Shown one piece after another: positions 28,101-37,073 of a stretch of DNA of 64,000 bases; within the stretch, counting starts at the first letter, position 1; every line of letters begins with the position of its first letter. The notes beneath the pieces were generated by a model. It saw only the letters and a program-made list of their open reading frames with translations. It did not search any database and was not told the DNA's origin. Source of the stretch: a virus; IMG/VR virus record IMGVR_UViG_3300035099_000047, positions 64,001-128,000 of that record; one strand, given 5' to 3'. A program made the position numbers and the translations under genes.

Positions 28101-28306
28101 GCTGCCCCAGCCATTTCGATCATAGCATCAGAGTAGTCCTTTGATTGAATTGTACCCTGCTGAAATTTAGTGCCAAGCTCATCAACTACATCTTGAATTG
28201 CTTTTTGATACCGTACAAAAGCGGTCTGGTCCTGAGCAAACTTCTCAGCCAGATCAGACTCCAAACCTATTTGCCAACTGATTATTCGATCAGTGGGGGT
28301 GGGCAT
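25187..28306 (-). CDS. Tape measure protein
   Basis: 1039 aa, helical, ALWANPITWIVIAV, Trp-periodic repeats, LPHSDALKGPLSQL. Confidence 0.9.
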   Translation of the reverse strand: MPTPTDRIISWQIGLESDLAEKFAQDQTAFVRYQKAIQDVVDELGTKFQQGTIQSKDYSDAMIEMAGAAEAAIPGASDAIKKLTENFDPKFIQKFHKELFGTLSYAGKVDIQPIFEFARLAEEAKRAKAFTDLMGKTGKDFAIAFEHSSIPILRKVWKHLEKEPNLGEIEKSLQKVFVAFSKDPSLPLSFFKNLTNPKFLKFWLKEYSKSLNKVAPGTPEFKKALSDLMINAAKKGFLPELAKELEKQGKATSGMFSRIFGKGGGMGERALDALVIAIGDALGDTVKIVTSAITQIFEPLLQMLHYFIKVAIWPIQQAFLTLFASVQPALMDMAAVIGRIVLLLVPLFKVVLTALLPVVNLLAKAIESVEFVLAPVSGLFEGIANILTGSFIPGSGKLGQVLSIIGKRLSWLNVVLKVLGWVLGVLLLPLLIRYTWHLGVKAYGALAHLIQTQWQLIRGLIVSAAKWAHDNNMIRQSTWLYIKNLRIRKGFASFIHNDLVRSLKRVWEMLVLEKWEWIKNHFAQLRHWSSSKLLERQKRHEASAIAASTGAKIADTMAAGRLSKAMSLVGSVALGLSAVFGDQSGILDKVATILMFMGSIVLPLLTTNIKGAAIWEWILTGASWAFNAALWANPITWIVIAVVALTYGIYRLIKAIVGGSPGVIPALLWLGKVFIFVFKIALAPIFLVIEGVKLLWRGIVFLWNWIWSGSGKVRTALLIAMGPLGWAILAVQSLKKVWERLKSWMSEGSSFIGKAIKFMFAPLTWPVLMIKGLIWFFTKLFTWIWSGSSKIKTALLIAMGPLGWAILAIKYVVQHWEELKKSFLAGIEAIGNAFYALWEGFKNSLGAVWEWVKRLIHKIPKPIRWILGINVEDEVVQEGKKSGEAVVSAFAEGEINQQDQVAKATETIAQTADDYLPHSDALKGPLSQLAEAGVNFVSAFSEGIFGQKDYLAECIQQMFVPLMPLIPQPIRSLLAPELPDVTVDVDLDTIMKSTKFAQPIVDAITNQTAALIDFADRTFKQAKDLDVSDLEKLSQFGTI

Positions 28307-28389
28307 AGCTGTCTTTGCTTAGAAACTTTGTTAGGTTGCTTACCACTTCTTGTTTTCCGATGCTTTTTACGGTTTCTTTTAGCAAGCCA

Positions 28390-28569
28390 TTATGCCCGTT
28401 CTTTTTGCCGTTTCATTTCTTCTTTGAGCTCCGATTTCTCTTGGTGTGCTTCCAACAAGATGGCAGGCAAAAATATGGGCCATGTAAATATCAACCCTAG
28501 ACAGATCAAATACTTCTCTCCTAGACTATACTCTCCTGGTTCTCGATCGTGGTGACAAAACAGCGACAT
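28390..28569 (-). CDS. Small membrane protein (59 aa)
   Basis: Read manually: MSLFCHHDREPGEYSLGEKYLICLGLIFTWPIFLPAILLE...RQKERA. Confidence 0.5.
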   Translation of the reverse strand: MSLFCHHDREPGEYSLGEKYLICLGLIFTWPIFLPAILLEAHQEKSELKEEMKRQKERA

Positions 28570-28584
28570 TGTTCATCCTCCCTT

Positions 28585-28890
28585 CTAATCATCTTTCGCA
28601 GCACGAAACAAACCCCACAACAACAACGGTATCCCAACTATTGGGCAACCTCCTATGGTGAACACCAACCCACTAACAGTTTGCCAAGTGCCTTCTGATG
28701 AACAACTAGCCGGTTCACCTGTCATCATCCTACGGTTATGAGCCTCCACTGAACCTATATTCCAAGGGTGTGGTGTCCTTAAACCTAGAGCCCTGAATTC
28801 ATCGTCGGTCAACTCCTTGAGTTCAAGATTACCTCGCTTGTACTGCTCTCTCAAATAATCCAATCTCTCCTGTGACACATAGCCCATCAT
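28585..28890 (-). CDS. Small membrane protein
   Basis: C-terminal hydrophobic hairpin PIVGIPLLLWG. Confidence 0.6.
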   Translation of the reverse strand: MMGYVSQERLDYLREQYKRGNLELKELTDDEFRALGLRTPHPWNIGSVEAHNRRMMTGEPASCSSEGTWQTVSGLVFTIGGCPIVGIPLLLWGLFRAAKDD

Positions 28891-29301
28891 TTTTCCCTTT
28901 CATAGTAGAGCTTTGGAAATTCACCGTATCTATTCTACACATGAAAGGCCATCACCATAAAAATCACACACTGAATTTTCTAGCCCATAGTAACCAAGAA
29001 ACTCCAATTACCGGGAAACCACGGTATTTGATTCTAGCCAGACCTCCAACTCCTATGCATGAAAGGACCTCACCATGAAAATCCCAATGCAATAGGTGGC
29101 GTTAAAGTTTTTCTAGCTTGCAACCACTCCATCCCTGCCGTTACCCCATAATTCCTACATCCTTCTAATGGTCAACCCCCTACCATTTAACCCTACAAAA
29201 CCCTTACCTAACTACCTACCTTTTTCAACATACCATCCAACCAGTTATACACAATCATATGAACAACATTCAGTACCACATCACCCGATTCATTCAGCCT
29301 A

Positions 29302-30000
29302 TCAACTACAGGTTCCACGTCTACACCTGCCATTCAACCAGTTATACACCGTAACATGGGTAACATTCAATAGCATACCTTCCAACTCATTCAAACGACC
29401 AGCAATCTGCCTATAGGATAATCCAGACTCTCTCAGAGCTTTAGCTTTGCCTATAAATTTCATCCTTCTCTTTTTCCACTCCCTCCTAACTGGTCTACCC
29501 CCTTTGCTATGTTTAGCCACCTGTCCTCTATGCTGTTGATAGAACCTTACTTCACGGGGCAAAGCATCAGGATGCAAATCAGTTACCAACACTACCCCTT
29601 CAGTCCATTTCTTCAAGTCTTCCAAATCAACGTTACGAGCCTGAGCATTTGGGTTGCTATTACTGTGATAATCGGGATGACGTATGAACCTATCCGTTGT
29701 TTCTGCCAGTAGTTTAGCCCCAACCAGTCTAGCCTTATCAACCACCTTTGCTAACCAATATGGATCAATCCCACTACCTACATAGTTCACTTTGTTTATC
29801 ACAATTGCTCCAAGCTTAGCCGCCCTTTCAACCAAGTTCAATTCTTGATCTTTCAAGTTTGTTAAACGGTCATGACTAGCCTCTGAAACCCTGCAACACA
29901 AAATGACTTTATCACCTGGACACAACACTTCAGGAGACCACTTGATGTAGTTGCTAGCCTGCCCTCGTTCAAGACGAAGGTCCTTGGTGCGCTTAAACAT
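29302..30000 (-). CDS. Serine recombinase (resolvase/invertase family) with C-terminal HTH
   Basis: VILCCRVS...Q...GSG...DRFIR; GLSYRQIA...TVYNWL. Confidence 0.85.
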   Translation of the reverse strand: MFKRTKDLRLERGQASNYIKWSPEVLCPGDKVILCCRVSEASHDRLTNLKDQELNLVERAAKLGAIVINKVNYVGSGIDPYWLAKVVDKARLVGAKLLAETTDRFIRHPDYHSNSNPNAQARNVDLEDLKKWTEGVVLVTDLHPDALPREVRFYQQHRGQVAKHSKGGRPVRREWKKRRMKFIGKAKALRESGLSYRQIAGRLNELEGMLLNVTHVTVYNWLNGRCRRGTCS

Positions 30001-30113
30001 GAGAATCTAATCCTTTTCACGAAGGGTCTCACAGAGAATCTTACAGCTGTAGTCATCACACCAACAGCTGTAAGCCTAAACACTTTTGTTAAGCCTACAA
30101 GACAAGACAAAAC

Positions 30114-30162
30114 AAAAAATCCCAGGCGGTGCAAACGGTTGTGATGGACCTCCCGCCTGGGA
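30114..30162 (-). terminator. Rho-independent terminator-like hairpin
   Basis: TCCCAGGCGG/CCGCCTGGGA stem followed by T6 on the minus strand. Confidence 0.55.
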
Positions 30163-30259
30163 CGAGGACCACCGAAAGGATTAGCGAACAGCAGTCCTCT
30201 AACCAACGACCCTGCTGTGAGGGCAGGGTTGAACCGTTGGCTTGAGCTTATTATACCCT

Positions 30260-30511
30260 TCATCGCTTGCCAAAAGCCCCATGAACTATTTTTGCTATGC
30301 ACTTCAAAAAAGACTCATCCCGCTTCGCTTTGTGTTTAGCTTCTTCACTCAACATTTCGTTCAACTTTTTGGTCATCATTGCCCGCTCTTGATGGGTCAA
30401 ACACCAGTATTCACTGGGGCTTACATTGCCATATTTAGCAAAAGCCGTTAAGCTTTCCACTACTTCACGGAGTTCTGGGCTTGGCACGCTGGACACGAAA
30501 AAAGTTTGCAT
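30260..30511 (-). CDS. Baseplate hub assembly / tail chaperone C-terminal part (gp51-like)
   Basis: AKYGNVSPSEYWCLTHQER; overlaps the 3' end of the gp26-like gene. Confidence 0.6.
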   Translation of the reverse strand: MQTFFVSSVPSPELREVVESLTAFAKYGNVSPSEYWCLTHQERAMMTKKLNEMLSEEAKHKAKRDESFLKCIAKIVHGAFGKR

Positions 30512-31283
30512 CAAATGGAAGTATTTCCTCCCCCGCAAACCCACAAGCCGGGCATTCCGAGTTCAAAATCAGATCAGCACCAAAATCCCTGGCTTTGATT
30601 TCCTCCTTTAACTGGCTCACATCAGCGGCTATCAAGTTTTCAACATATCGTAACTTCTGAACTGCATCCCGTTTCTCGCCATTGATGGTTTCAATATGGG
30701 TAGCCAAACGAATGCAATACGCCGGATCACCCTCTTCTACCGATTGTTGGTAGCGGGATTTAGCATACCGTCGTATGCTAATCTCATCCCGGTTGCGCAA
30801 CAAGCGGAACGTGAGCTTGTCCCCATTCATAGGCAATTCGCAGGGATATGGCTCACAATCATCTTCCTCACTAAGGCGAGTAACCCTCATGTCCTCTGGT
30901 ACCTTGACATCTTTGTGGTACTTAACCCCGCATTGAGGACATTGAAGCTGAAACTGGTATAAGCTGCCGTAAGACACATTGCGTAAACACATGAGGATGT
31001 AGAAAGTGTCACTCACTAGCAAATCCTCATAAGGTACAGCGCATTCCACCAGATTCCTACGGCAAAGGGTGTCAATGATGCTAACTTTGTCTGACTTTTG
31101 AGAGCCCAGGAGACTCTCATCCGCTGCCACCATCGGCGAGATAAAAACCTCACCACCCGGGAGCCGACCATCGTACAAGAACCCATTACTTGGCAAACTA
31201 ATGCGATACACATAGGGTCGCTTGAAACGCTCGTCGGTCACTCGGGTGATGTTGGTAGTGTGCAAACTGCGCTCCGGTTCCAT
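30465..31283 (-). CDS. Baseplate hub assembly / tail chaperone (gp26-like)
   Basis: LPSNG..Y...DLLVSD...LRNVSYG...CPQCG...CPACG...NFF. Confidence 0.8.
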   Translation of the reverse strand: MEPERSLHTTNITRVTDERFKRPYVYRISLPSNGFLYDGRLPGGEVFISPMVAADESLLGSQKSDKVSIIDTLCRRNLVECAVPYEDLLVSDTFYILMCLRNVSYGSLYQFQLQCPQCGVKYHKDVKVPEDMRVTRLSEEDDCEPYPCELPMNGDKLTFRLLRNRDEISIRRYAKSRYQQSVEEGDPAYCIRLATHIETINGEKRDAVQKLRYVENLIAADVSQLKEEIKARDFGADLILNSECPACGFAGEEILPFDANFFRVQRAKPRTP

Positions 31284-31304
31284 TCTAGACCCTTTCAAAA
31301 GTGA

Positions 31305-31871
31305 TTAACCCGTTGTTGCTGACGTTTCGATTTTGGGCAAGTCAATCTTGTCAATCACGAAGTCTACTGTCACCTGTACTTGGTCGTTGCCCGCCTGGTC
31401 CAAATCGTTGGCGGTGACCTTGCTAGGCCATATACCGTGGACCATGATACTTCGTACCGGTGACAAATCTGGACCCATGTTAATCAATGTGCCCGTGGAC
31501 TTATAATCCTTGGCGTAGCCAATTGCCCCCGTTTCAGGGTCAAACACCAGCTGATGCCAAGCTTTTAGCGTATCATACACCGAACGGTTCACCCAATCGT
31601 TGAACACCACAGTGATATTATCTCGGGTAACGCGACCCGCCACCTTGCGGTTCTCGTTGGCATAGGGGATTTCTATGAGCTCAACTGTATCAGCCGGGAA
31701 TCCACACGTGCGCAAGCTTACCCGCAATATATCATCTCTCAGTCCCCCCATTGTCACCCCTGCGCTCACTCGGGCTAAAGGGGGGATAGCGAGTTCCAAA
31801 CTCCAGTTGTTTGTTCTCAGGGGCTCATATGTCCCCGTACTGTCAGCAATTAGGTCAGCTATGTAAGGCAT
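31305..31871 (-). CDS. Tail tube protein (gp19-like)
   Basis: EPLRTNNW...KVAGR...W..LVFDP.TG..G...DYK...GIWP. Confidence 0.9.
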   Translation of the reverse strand: MPYIADLIADSTGTYEPLRTNNWSLELAIPPLARVSAGVTMGGLRDDILRVSLRTCGFPADTVELIEIPYANENRKVAGRVTRDNITVVFNDWVNRSVYDTLKAWHQLVFDPETGAIGYAKDYKSTGTLINMGPDLSPVRSIMVHGIWPSKVTANDLDQAGNDQVQVTVDFVIDKIDLPKIETSATTG

Positions 31872-31910
31872 AATCCAATCCTCCTATCAAAAGTTGTTCT
31901 TTTAGTTTCG

Positions 31911-33449
31911 TCAGACAACGTACTCAGTGAAGTTGGCTCCCTGCGGAGTCAACACAAACGTTAGCTGAATGATGCGGTCAGGCTTAATAGGCTTGAGCAC
32001 TATACGCCCGGCGCAAATGCCTTGTTCGATGATGTCATCCGTGTTGGTAGTTGCATCCATCACCACCAAGGAGTCGCGCAGACCTTCGCGGGCTTGGACA
32101 CTCTTTAAGTACGGCTCAACCATGTTCTTGAACCGAGTCCACAATCGCCAATCGTTCTGCTCAAACAACAAATACATACTGCTGGTAGCTATCATCTTGC
32201 GCAGATAGGTGAGCATACGTCGAACGGGCTCTAAGTTCAATGCTGTAGCCGCTCGCTGCAGAGTGAGGCAGTCGAAGCGCTTGATGCCTTGACCCGAGAA
32301 CTTCACAAACGGGTTAATGGCATTGAATCCACCTGTGCCCGACCGGCCACACAGTTGAGTACGTTCACCTTGATTGGGGCTGTACTCAATGTCCAACGCC
32401 CCCACCAAGTTGCCCCGGCGGAATCCAGATGTAGCAAACCAAACCTCATAGTTGGCATCGCTAGCAGCCATCAATCCCGCCACCCAACCACTGGGTGGGG
32501 TCCAAATGTTAGCATCCGTCCAGGAGTCATAAGTCTGGACCCAAGGCCAAGTCAGCGATCCATAACTGCTATCCAAAGCACTGGTGGGATCGTCCGCTCC
32601 CCCTCCCAATCCATTGTGCCATTTAATGATGCCATCGACATCCAATCCATAAGGAGGGTCGATCAACACCATACAATCCTGACGGTCCTCAGCTATGCCT
32701 AGCAGTTCAGCAATCACTCCTTTCCTGGAATCTCCAGGCACCGCTAGCAGATTCAAGTCATACTCCTCAGCATTGGAGAACAACTGCAAGCCGGTCTTGG
32801 TTGTGCCTACCACACTACCAATCACATCACTTTCAGTGACGTTCTCTCCGTCATCCCCTCCAGCAAAGTACACAGTGCCATTAGTTAGGGCTCCGCTATG
32901 GTTCAAAGTTATAGCTGTAACATAAGCACTGTTTGCCATGCGGGTATCAATCAAATCCGGATCATCGGCAGTCAAGACTACTGCATCATAAGTTTCCTGC
33001 AAATAGCCACGCCAATACACCCGGATTTTGTACCCTCGCACATTGCTAGTGGCTACAACCACCTGAAGACCATTGCTACCGCTGGCCCAAGTCCCTGGCG
33101 AGGTAGGTTCAAAGGTGATGACCGCGTGATCTGGAGGTTCCACCACAGTGTTTGGATTACTACTTTGTTGAGCCGTAGCGCAACTGTAACTACCCACTCG
33201 CACCACCGTCAACTGGTTGCCTTGGTGCAAGTATTGACGAGCAGCGTGCAACCCAATGTGGGTCGGGCTTGGTATTCCAAATGTGTTGATCAGTTGGTCT
33301 TCCGAACCTATTAGCTGGCGAGTGTCCAACGGACCCTTGCTGGCCGTGGTCACTATGCCAAACTGAGTGGTGGCCAGTGCAGGGATGTACTGACTCATGT
33401 CCCTTTCTGAAGTGTACACCCCTGGAGCAACAAAAGCACCTATACCCAT
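31911..33449 (-). CDS. Tail sheath protein (gp18-like)
   Basis: APGVYTSERD...KGP...WPW...PPSG...INP...VRR...FEQND. Confidence 0.95.
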   Translation of the reverse strand: MGIGAFVAPGVYTSERDMSQYIPALATTQFGIVTTASKGPLDTRQLIGSEDQLINTFGIPSPTHIGLHAARQYLHQGNQLTVVRVGSYSCATAQQSSNPNTVVEPPDHAVITFEPTSPGTWASGSNGLQVVVATSNVRGYKIRVYWRGYLQETYDAVVLTADDPDLIDTRMANSAYVTAITLNHSGALTNGTVYFAGGDDGENVTESDVIGSVVGTTKTGLQLFSNAEEYDLNLLAVPGDSRKGVIAELLGIAEDRQDCMVLIDPPYGLDVDGIIKWHNGLGGGADDPTSALDSSYGSLTWPWVQTYDSWTDANIWTPPSGWVAGLMAASDANYEVWFATSGFRRGNLVGALDIEYSPNQGERTQLCGRSGTGGFNAINPFVKFSGQGIKRFDCLTLQRAATALNLEPVRRMLTYLRKMIATSSMYLLFEQNDWRLWTRFKNMVEPYLKSVQAREGLRDSLVVMDATTNTDDIIEQGICAGRIVLKPIKPDRIIQLTFVLTPQGANFTEYVV

Positions 33450-33568
33450 TTGAGTGACCCTTTCGGTCAAAAGGGGTTCAAATGTGGTTCATATACACCC
33501 CACATCCCAGGCCCCCTAAATTGGCCTGTTCCGGTTTCCCGCAACCAGCTTCACAAACCGGCTGCGTC

Positions 33569-33751
33569 TCAAAACTCACCCAACCATTCTGGTAACAAGG
33601 GCTTGTTGACTACTTGGCGGAAGTCAGGCCCCTTGTAATTTGCATCAAAATTGTCATTATCCCAGACGATTTGACCCGTGAGTGGATTACCCTTAACAAT
33701 CGGGGTCCATGATTCCAAGACCGTGGTAGGATCGTCTGGATCAATGCTCAT
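33569..33751 (-). CDS. Small hypothetical protein
   Basis: GAGGAG RBS, ATGA coupling. Confidence 0.45.
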   Translation of the reverse strand: MSIDPDDPTTVLESWTPIVKGNPLTGQIVWDNDNFDANYKGPDFRQVVNKPLLPEWLGEF

Positions 33752-34417
33752 GTTGGCTCCTCAATTGTAATGTTCACTTGACGAACAACTGGTACCTCTT
33801 TTATTTTCCTAGGTCTCCACCCGTGAACAATAACACTCATCGTCCATCGCAGGCTTCTTTGTTCTTGACCCGTTTCCAAGCTGGTGTTGTCTGCTATACC
33901 CTGATTCTCAACGCGGACCAACCGACGGCCCATCCCGTCACCATGATCGACCAAGATGTAAGTATAATCAGCATGCTCGAACCTGTCGGCATACAACCCT
34001 ACATACCTGCGGGCTTCCATCCTAGTCTTTACCCACAGCTCAAATTGATAGGAAAACTGATAGGGCAAAGGCCATTGAACCACATAAGCCCCTTTGATAG
34101 TGCCATCTGGGTTGTATGTCTCACCCACACGCTCATAAATGGCCGGGCACAATCGTCTGGTAGGATCCGGGGTAACGTCCCCAACCTGTTGCAAGCTCAA
34201 AAATGGTAATGGAATGGGTTGGTTCTCGCGCAACTTGAACCGCTTAGCCATTTGGGCAAAAGCACGATCTGGGGTTGCGAAGCAGAGAGGGATTGGTTTG
34301 CCATCGGTGGTAAACGTGTCATTGGCCCAATTGGCTAGAGCGTGATCGTAGCTAAAGATAGTCCCATTCTTCTTGGAATGGGCTCAATTCTTGGTATCCT
34401 TTAGGAATGGAAGTCAT
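33748..34417 (-). CDS. Tail terminator/sheath stabiliser (gp15-like), split by a +1 frameshift at 34352-34357
   Basis: RBS+ATG at 34417 gives MTSIPKGYQELSPFQEEWDYL-stop; the +1 frame continues SYDHALANW...FATPDRAF...LPFLSL...PLPYQFSYQFELW. Confidence 0.65.
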
Positions 34418-34429
34418 GTTGCCTTCCCT

Positions 34430-34762
34430 CTACAACATAACAGGATCATTCACCAGAATCCATTTCAGTTCTGCGCCCTCGGGAATGTCATCCGTCTCTG
34501 AGTCCTGCCAGGGAATTGACAGCCCATCCTTTTCATACGATTCAATTACCCCACGGACCGCCTCTTTGACATTTGCGATGGCTTCTTCTTCAGTTGCCCC
34601 GCAACTTCCAGTTCCCGACAAATTCAACACAATAGCTGAAACCTGCCCATCCTCTTCAGGAATGAGACAAACGTGGCAGCGATACGCAGCCTGTTCTGGC
34701 CACTGTATCTCGTTAAAGACAAAACTGGTCGAGTTGCTTTCGTTAAGCAAGAGAAGGGCCAT
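34430..34762 (-). CDS. HicB-like antitoxin domain protein (orphan)
   Basis: LIPEEDG...LSG..SCGATEEEAIANVKEA...DGLSIP. Confidence 0.85.
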   Translation of the reverse strand: MALLLLNESNSTSFVFNEIQWPEQAAYRCHVCLIPEEDGQVSAIVLNLSGTGSCGATEEEAIANVKEAVRGVIESYEKDGLSIPWQDSETDDIPEGAELKWILVNDPVML

Positions 34763-34798
34763 TGGGTTTTTCCTCTTTCCGATGCACGAGATCTTTTT

Positions 34799-34996
34799 TC
34801 AATTGATTACCACAACCCTTCCGCCCTTAATTCCGGTTCCTTGACAAGTTAAACAAGGACCTATTGAAAAACAACCGTCTGCATAGTAGGGTGAGGTTGC
34901 ATTCTTATGTTCGCTAATGATTCCAGAGCCACCACACTCATCACAAGCCTCAACTTCCTTTTCCAACTCTTTCCACACCTTAACTTTTTTCTTCAT
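34799..34996 (-). CDS. Small DnaJ-type zinc-finger protein
   Basis: CDECGGSG...CLTCQGTG. Confidence 0.6.
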   Translation of the reverse strand: MKKKVKVWKELEKEVEACDECGGSGIISEHKNATSPYYADGCFSIGPCLTCQGTGIKGGRVVVIN

Positions 34997-35030
34997 TCCA
35001 ACGCCTTTTCCACCAACAACCATCAAATTT

Positions 35031-35360
35031 TCATTTTTCTATACGACATGCCATCACCTTAATTCGCATAGGGAGCCTACTTTGCCAATCCACAGGCCCT
35101 AAACTCATCTCAACTGTCTCTACATCCAACCCTCGTTTGACGGCAAACCCCAACATCTCTTTGGTCATCCTAGACGCAACCCAAACTTGATCTTTTTGAT
35201 CAACTTCCAACACCTCTTCCCAAATCAAACAGTCATTGGAAGATTCAATCCGTGGAGGCTCAACCTCTCGATAACAGAATTCCAACTTGGCCCTTTCATG
35301 GTATGCAATGAGAGGCACCAGACTGCATGATACTAACATCAGACCATCAAACAATTTCAT
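35031..35360 (-). CDS. Hypothetical protein
   Basis: ATGA-coupled ORF. Confidence 0.5.
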   Translation of the reverse strand: MKLFDGLMLVSCSLVPLIAYHERAKLEFCYREVEPPRIESSNDCLIWEEVLEVDQKDQVWVASRMTKEMLGFAVKRGLDVETVEMSLGPVDWQSRLPMRIKVMACRIEK

Positions 35361-35827
35361 TTCAACACTTCCTTCACCATTTTGCCCAAATCCAGCTTCA
35401 CACTAGGCCAATGACTGCGAAATTTCAACCACAAAGGTCTCCAAATTGGTACCGGAGGCAGTTTCAACTCAGCAGAGCCATACTCACGAATCATATGGAG
35501 TTCAGTCCAACTTCTACCACTGGGCTGGTGCACTCCATCTTTGATACTGATCTCAAGGCTCCAACCATTCGCCGTTTGCGTGATAGCAGGTACTACGCAG
35601 CCCAGGTACTGTTCAGGCGATAACAGGTAGGGAGGCTGGGGCAATTGCTGACCATTTTCATCGTACTGAGGCTCTGGCCTCCACTTATCCTTAACGGCTA
35701 GCCGCAACCACAACATCAACTGAGCTTGTATGTTTTCCAGCTCAGTTTTCAATGCCCGATCCACCCGCTGTTGGTAGAACTTGGGATCAAGGTTGAAATG
35801 ACCTATTTGCTTGAACTTGACGGGCAT
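35357..35827 (-). CDS. Putative neck/tail completion protein
   Basis: EYGS..LPPVP.WRP resembles HK97-gp10-like C-terminal motif. Confidence 0.55.
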   Translation of the reverse strand: MPVKFKQIGHFNLDPKFYQQRVDRALKTELENIQAQLMLWLRLAVKDKWRPEPQYDENGQQLPQPPYLLSPEQYLGCVVPAITQTANGWSLEISIKDGVHQPSGRSWTELHMIREYGSAELKLPPVPIWRPLWLKFRSHWPSVKLDLGKMVKEVLK

Positions 35828-36870
35828 TACAATTCTTCCCAGTCCCCTACAACGTCCTCATCATAGTAGTGCAAAACCACTGTATCCCACATACGGCTTA
35901 TGTAAGGGTGCCGCCTGATAAACTCAGCTACTTGCGGATTGTGATGCCACTTTGTGGTTCTCACCGCATCCGTCACGATAATAACTGCGTCAATTCGATC
36001 GAATATCAATGCAACAGGTACCGCATCAGCCAATCCCATCCCTTCTTTCACATCATAATGAAGAGCTTCCGTCGAATCCCATGCATAACAATGATTAGAA
36101 TCCAACCATGCTCTTACTTCTCCAAAACTCTTGATCCCTTCCAATTCTTCAAAAGTCGGATCTATGTAGAGATTCACTCTGTTGCCAGAATAACTGAGCA
36201 CTTTGATCCTGAATCGCTCTTCGCTCAGGTGCTCAACAGCCCGTTCAAATCTGTTAGCTCTACTTTCCCAGGGACGGCCATGCTCCCAACTGCCAGTTGT
36301 GAGAAATGGATCGCCTAATGGTTTTCCCCATTCCTTCCTTTTCGCAGAACGACCATAATGATACCCTGATTCAGGCTCTCCAGCTGTTTCAGGCCGTTCC
36401 GGTTTCGTGTCCTTTTTCAACCGGTGTTTTTTTCCAATGGCCTTGTACGGGTCAAAATGCTTCAGAATCTCCAAATCCCTAACTGGCATATCCATAAACG
36501 TTCTCAATTCCCCAGACGCTGGGTGGCCCAAGGCTGCTAGTTTTCCCCCTCTTTCGTAGACTATCATAGGGCCTTGATTCAAATACAGTTGGAACATACG
36601 GGCCTGTTGAGGGTTTGGGCGGCGCTTACCAGAGAAAGTTGTAGTTTCTAAGTAACCCAACGCGCGGGCCACAGGTTCCAAATCCTTCCAATTATTTATA
36701 AACCGGTAAGTCATCCCCGGAATCGGAGTTTGACCAATATGAGCGGCAATTGGGGGCAACCGAATTCCCCCTACCATAGAGGCCCCTGCACCCATCATCC
36801 CCAAAAACTTTCGACGGGTTATGCCATCCTCAATCAGCTGATATACTAGCTGTTCAAATGTACTCATCAT
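35827..36870 (-). CDS. Putative capsid-internal protein (CTS-like N-terminus, twin-arginine motif)
   Basis: MMSTFEQLVYQLIE-DGITRRKFLG; second internal RFERAVEHLSE. Confidence 0.7.
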   Translation of the reverse strand: MMSTFEQLVYQLIEDGITRRKFLGMMGAGASMVGGIRLPPIAAHIGQTPIPGMTYRFINNWKDLEPVARALGYLETTTFSGKRRPNPQQARMFQLYLNQGPMIVYERGGKLAALGHPASGELRTFMDMPVRDLEILKHFDPYKAIGKKHRLKKDTKPERPETAGEPESGYHYGRSAKRKEWGKPLGDPFLTTGSWEHGRPWESRANRFERAVEHLSEERFRIKVLSYSGNRVNLYIDPTFEELEGIKSFGEVRAWLDSNHCYAWDSTEALHYDVKEGMGLADAVPVALIFDRIDAVIIVTDAVRTTKWHHNPQVAEFIRRHPYISRMWDTVVLHYYDEDVVGDWEEL

Positions 36871-37073
36871 TTGGCCAACCTGTGCTTTTTGCTCACATGA
36901 CCACAAAACGTGCAGACCTTGCCTTCAGGTCCACCAGGCCCGGTTTGATAGTCTGGAAAGTACCCAACCCTACCACATTTACGACAACGCCGTTTTTGTG
37001 GCTTGGTAGGCACAGAGTCAGCAGGTAGCTTGCCAGCCAACAAGTTTTCAGCCATTTGTTCAAAAGGGTCCAT
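36867..37073 (-). CDS. Zn-ribbon protein with CTS-like N-terminus
   Basis: MDPFEQMAENLL; CRKC..CTFC. Confidence 0.65.
   Translation of the reverse strand: MDPFEQMAENLLAGKLPADSVPTKPQKRRCRKCGRVGYFPDYQTGPGGPEGKVCTFCGHVSKKHRLAK

Noticed and set aside
29302-30000. IS607 transposase or tail-fibre invertase system
   Set aside because: The HTH is C-terminal, there is no tnpB, and no invertible segment or inverted repeats were seen
19509-33449. Extracellular contractile injection system or tailocin
   Set aside because: Capsid, prohead protease and neck genes are in the same block, so this is a phage
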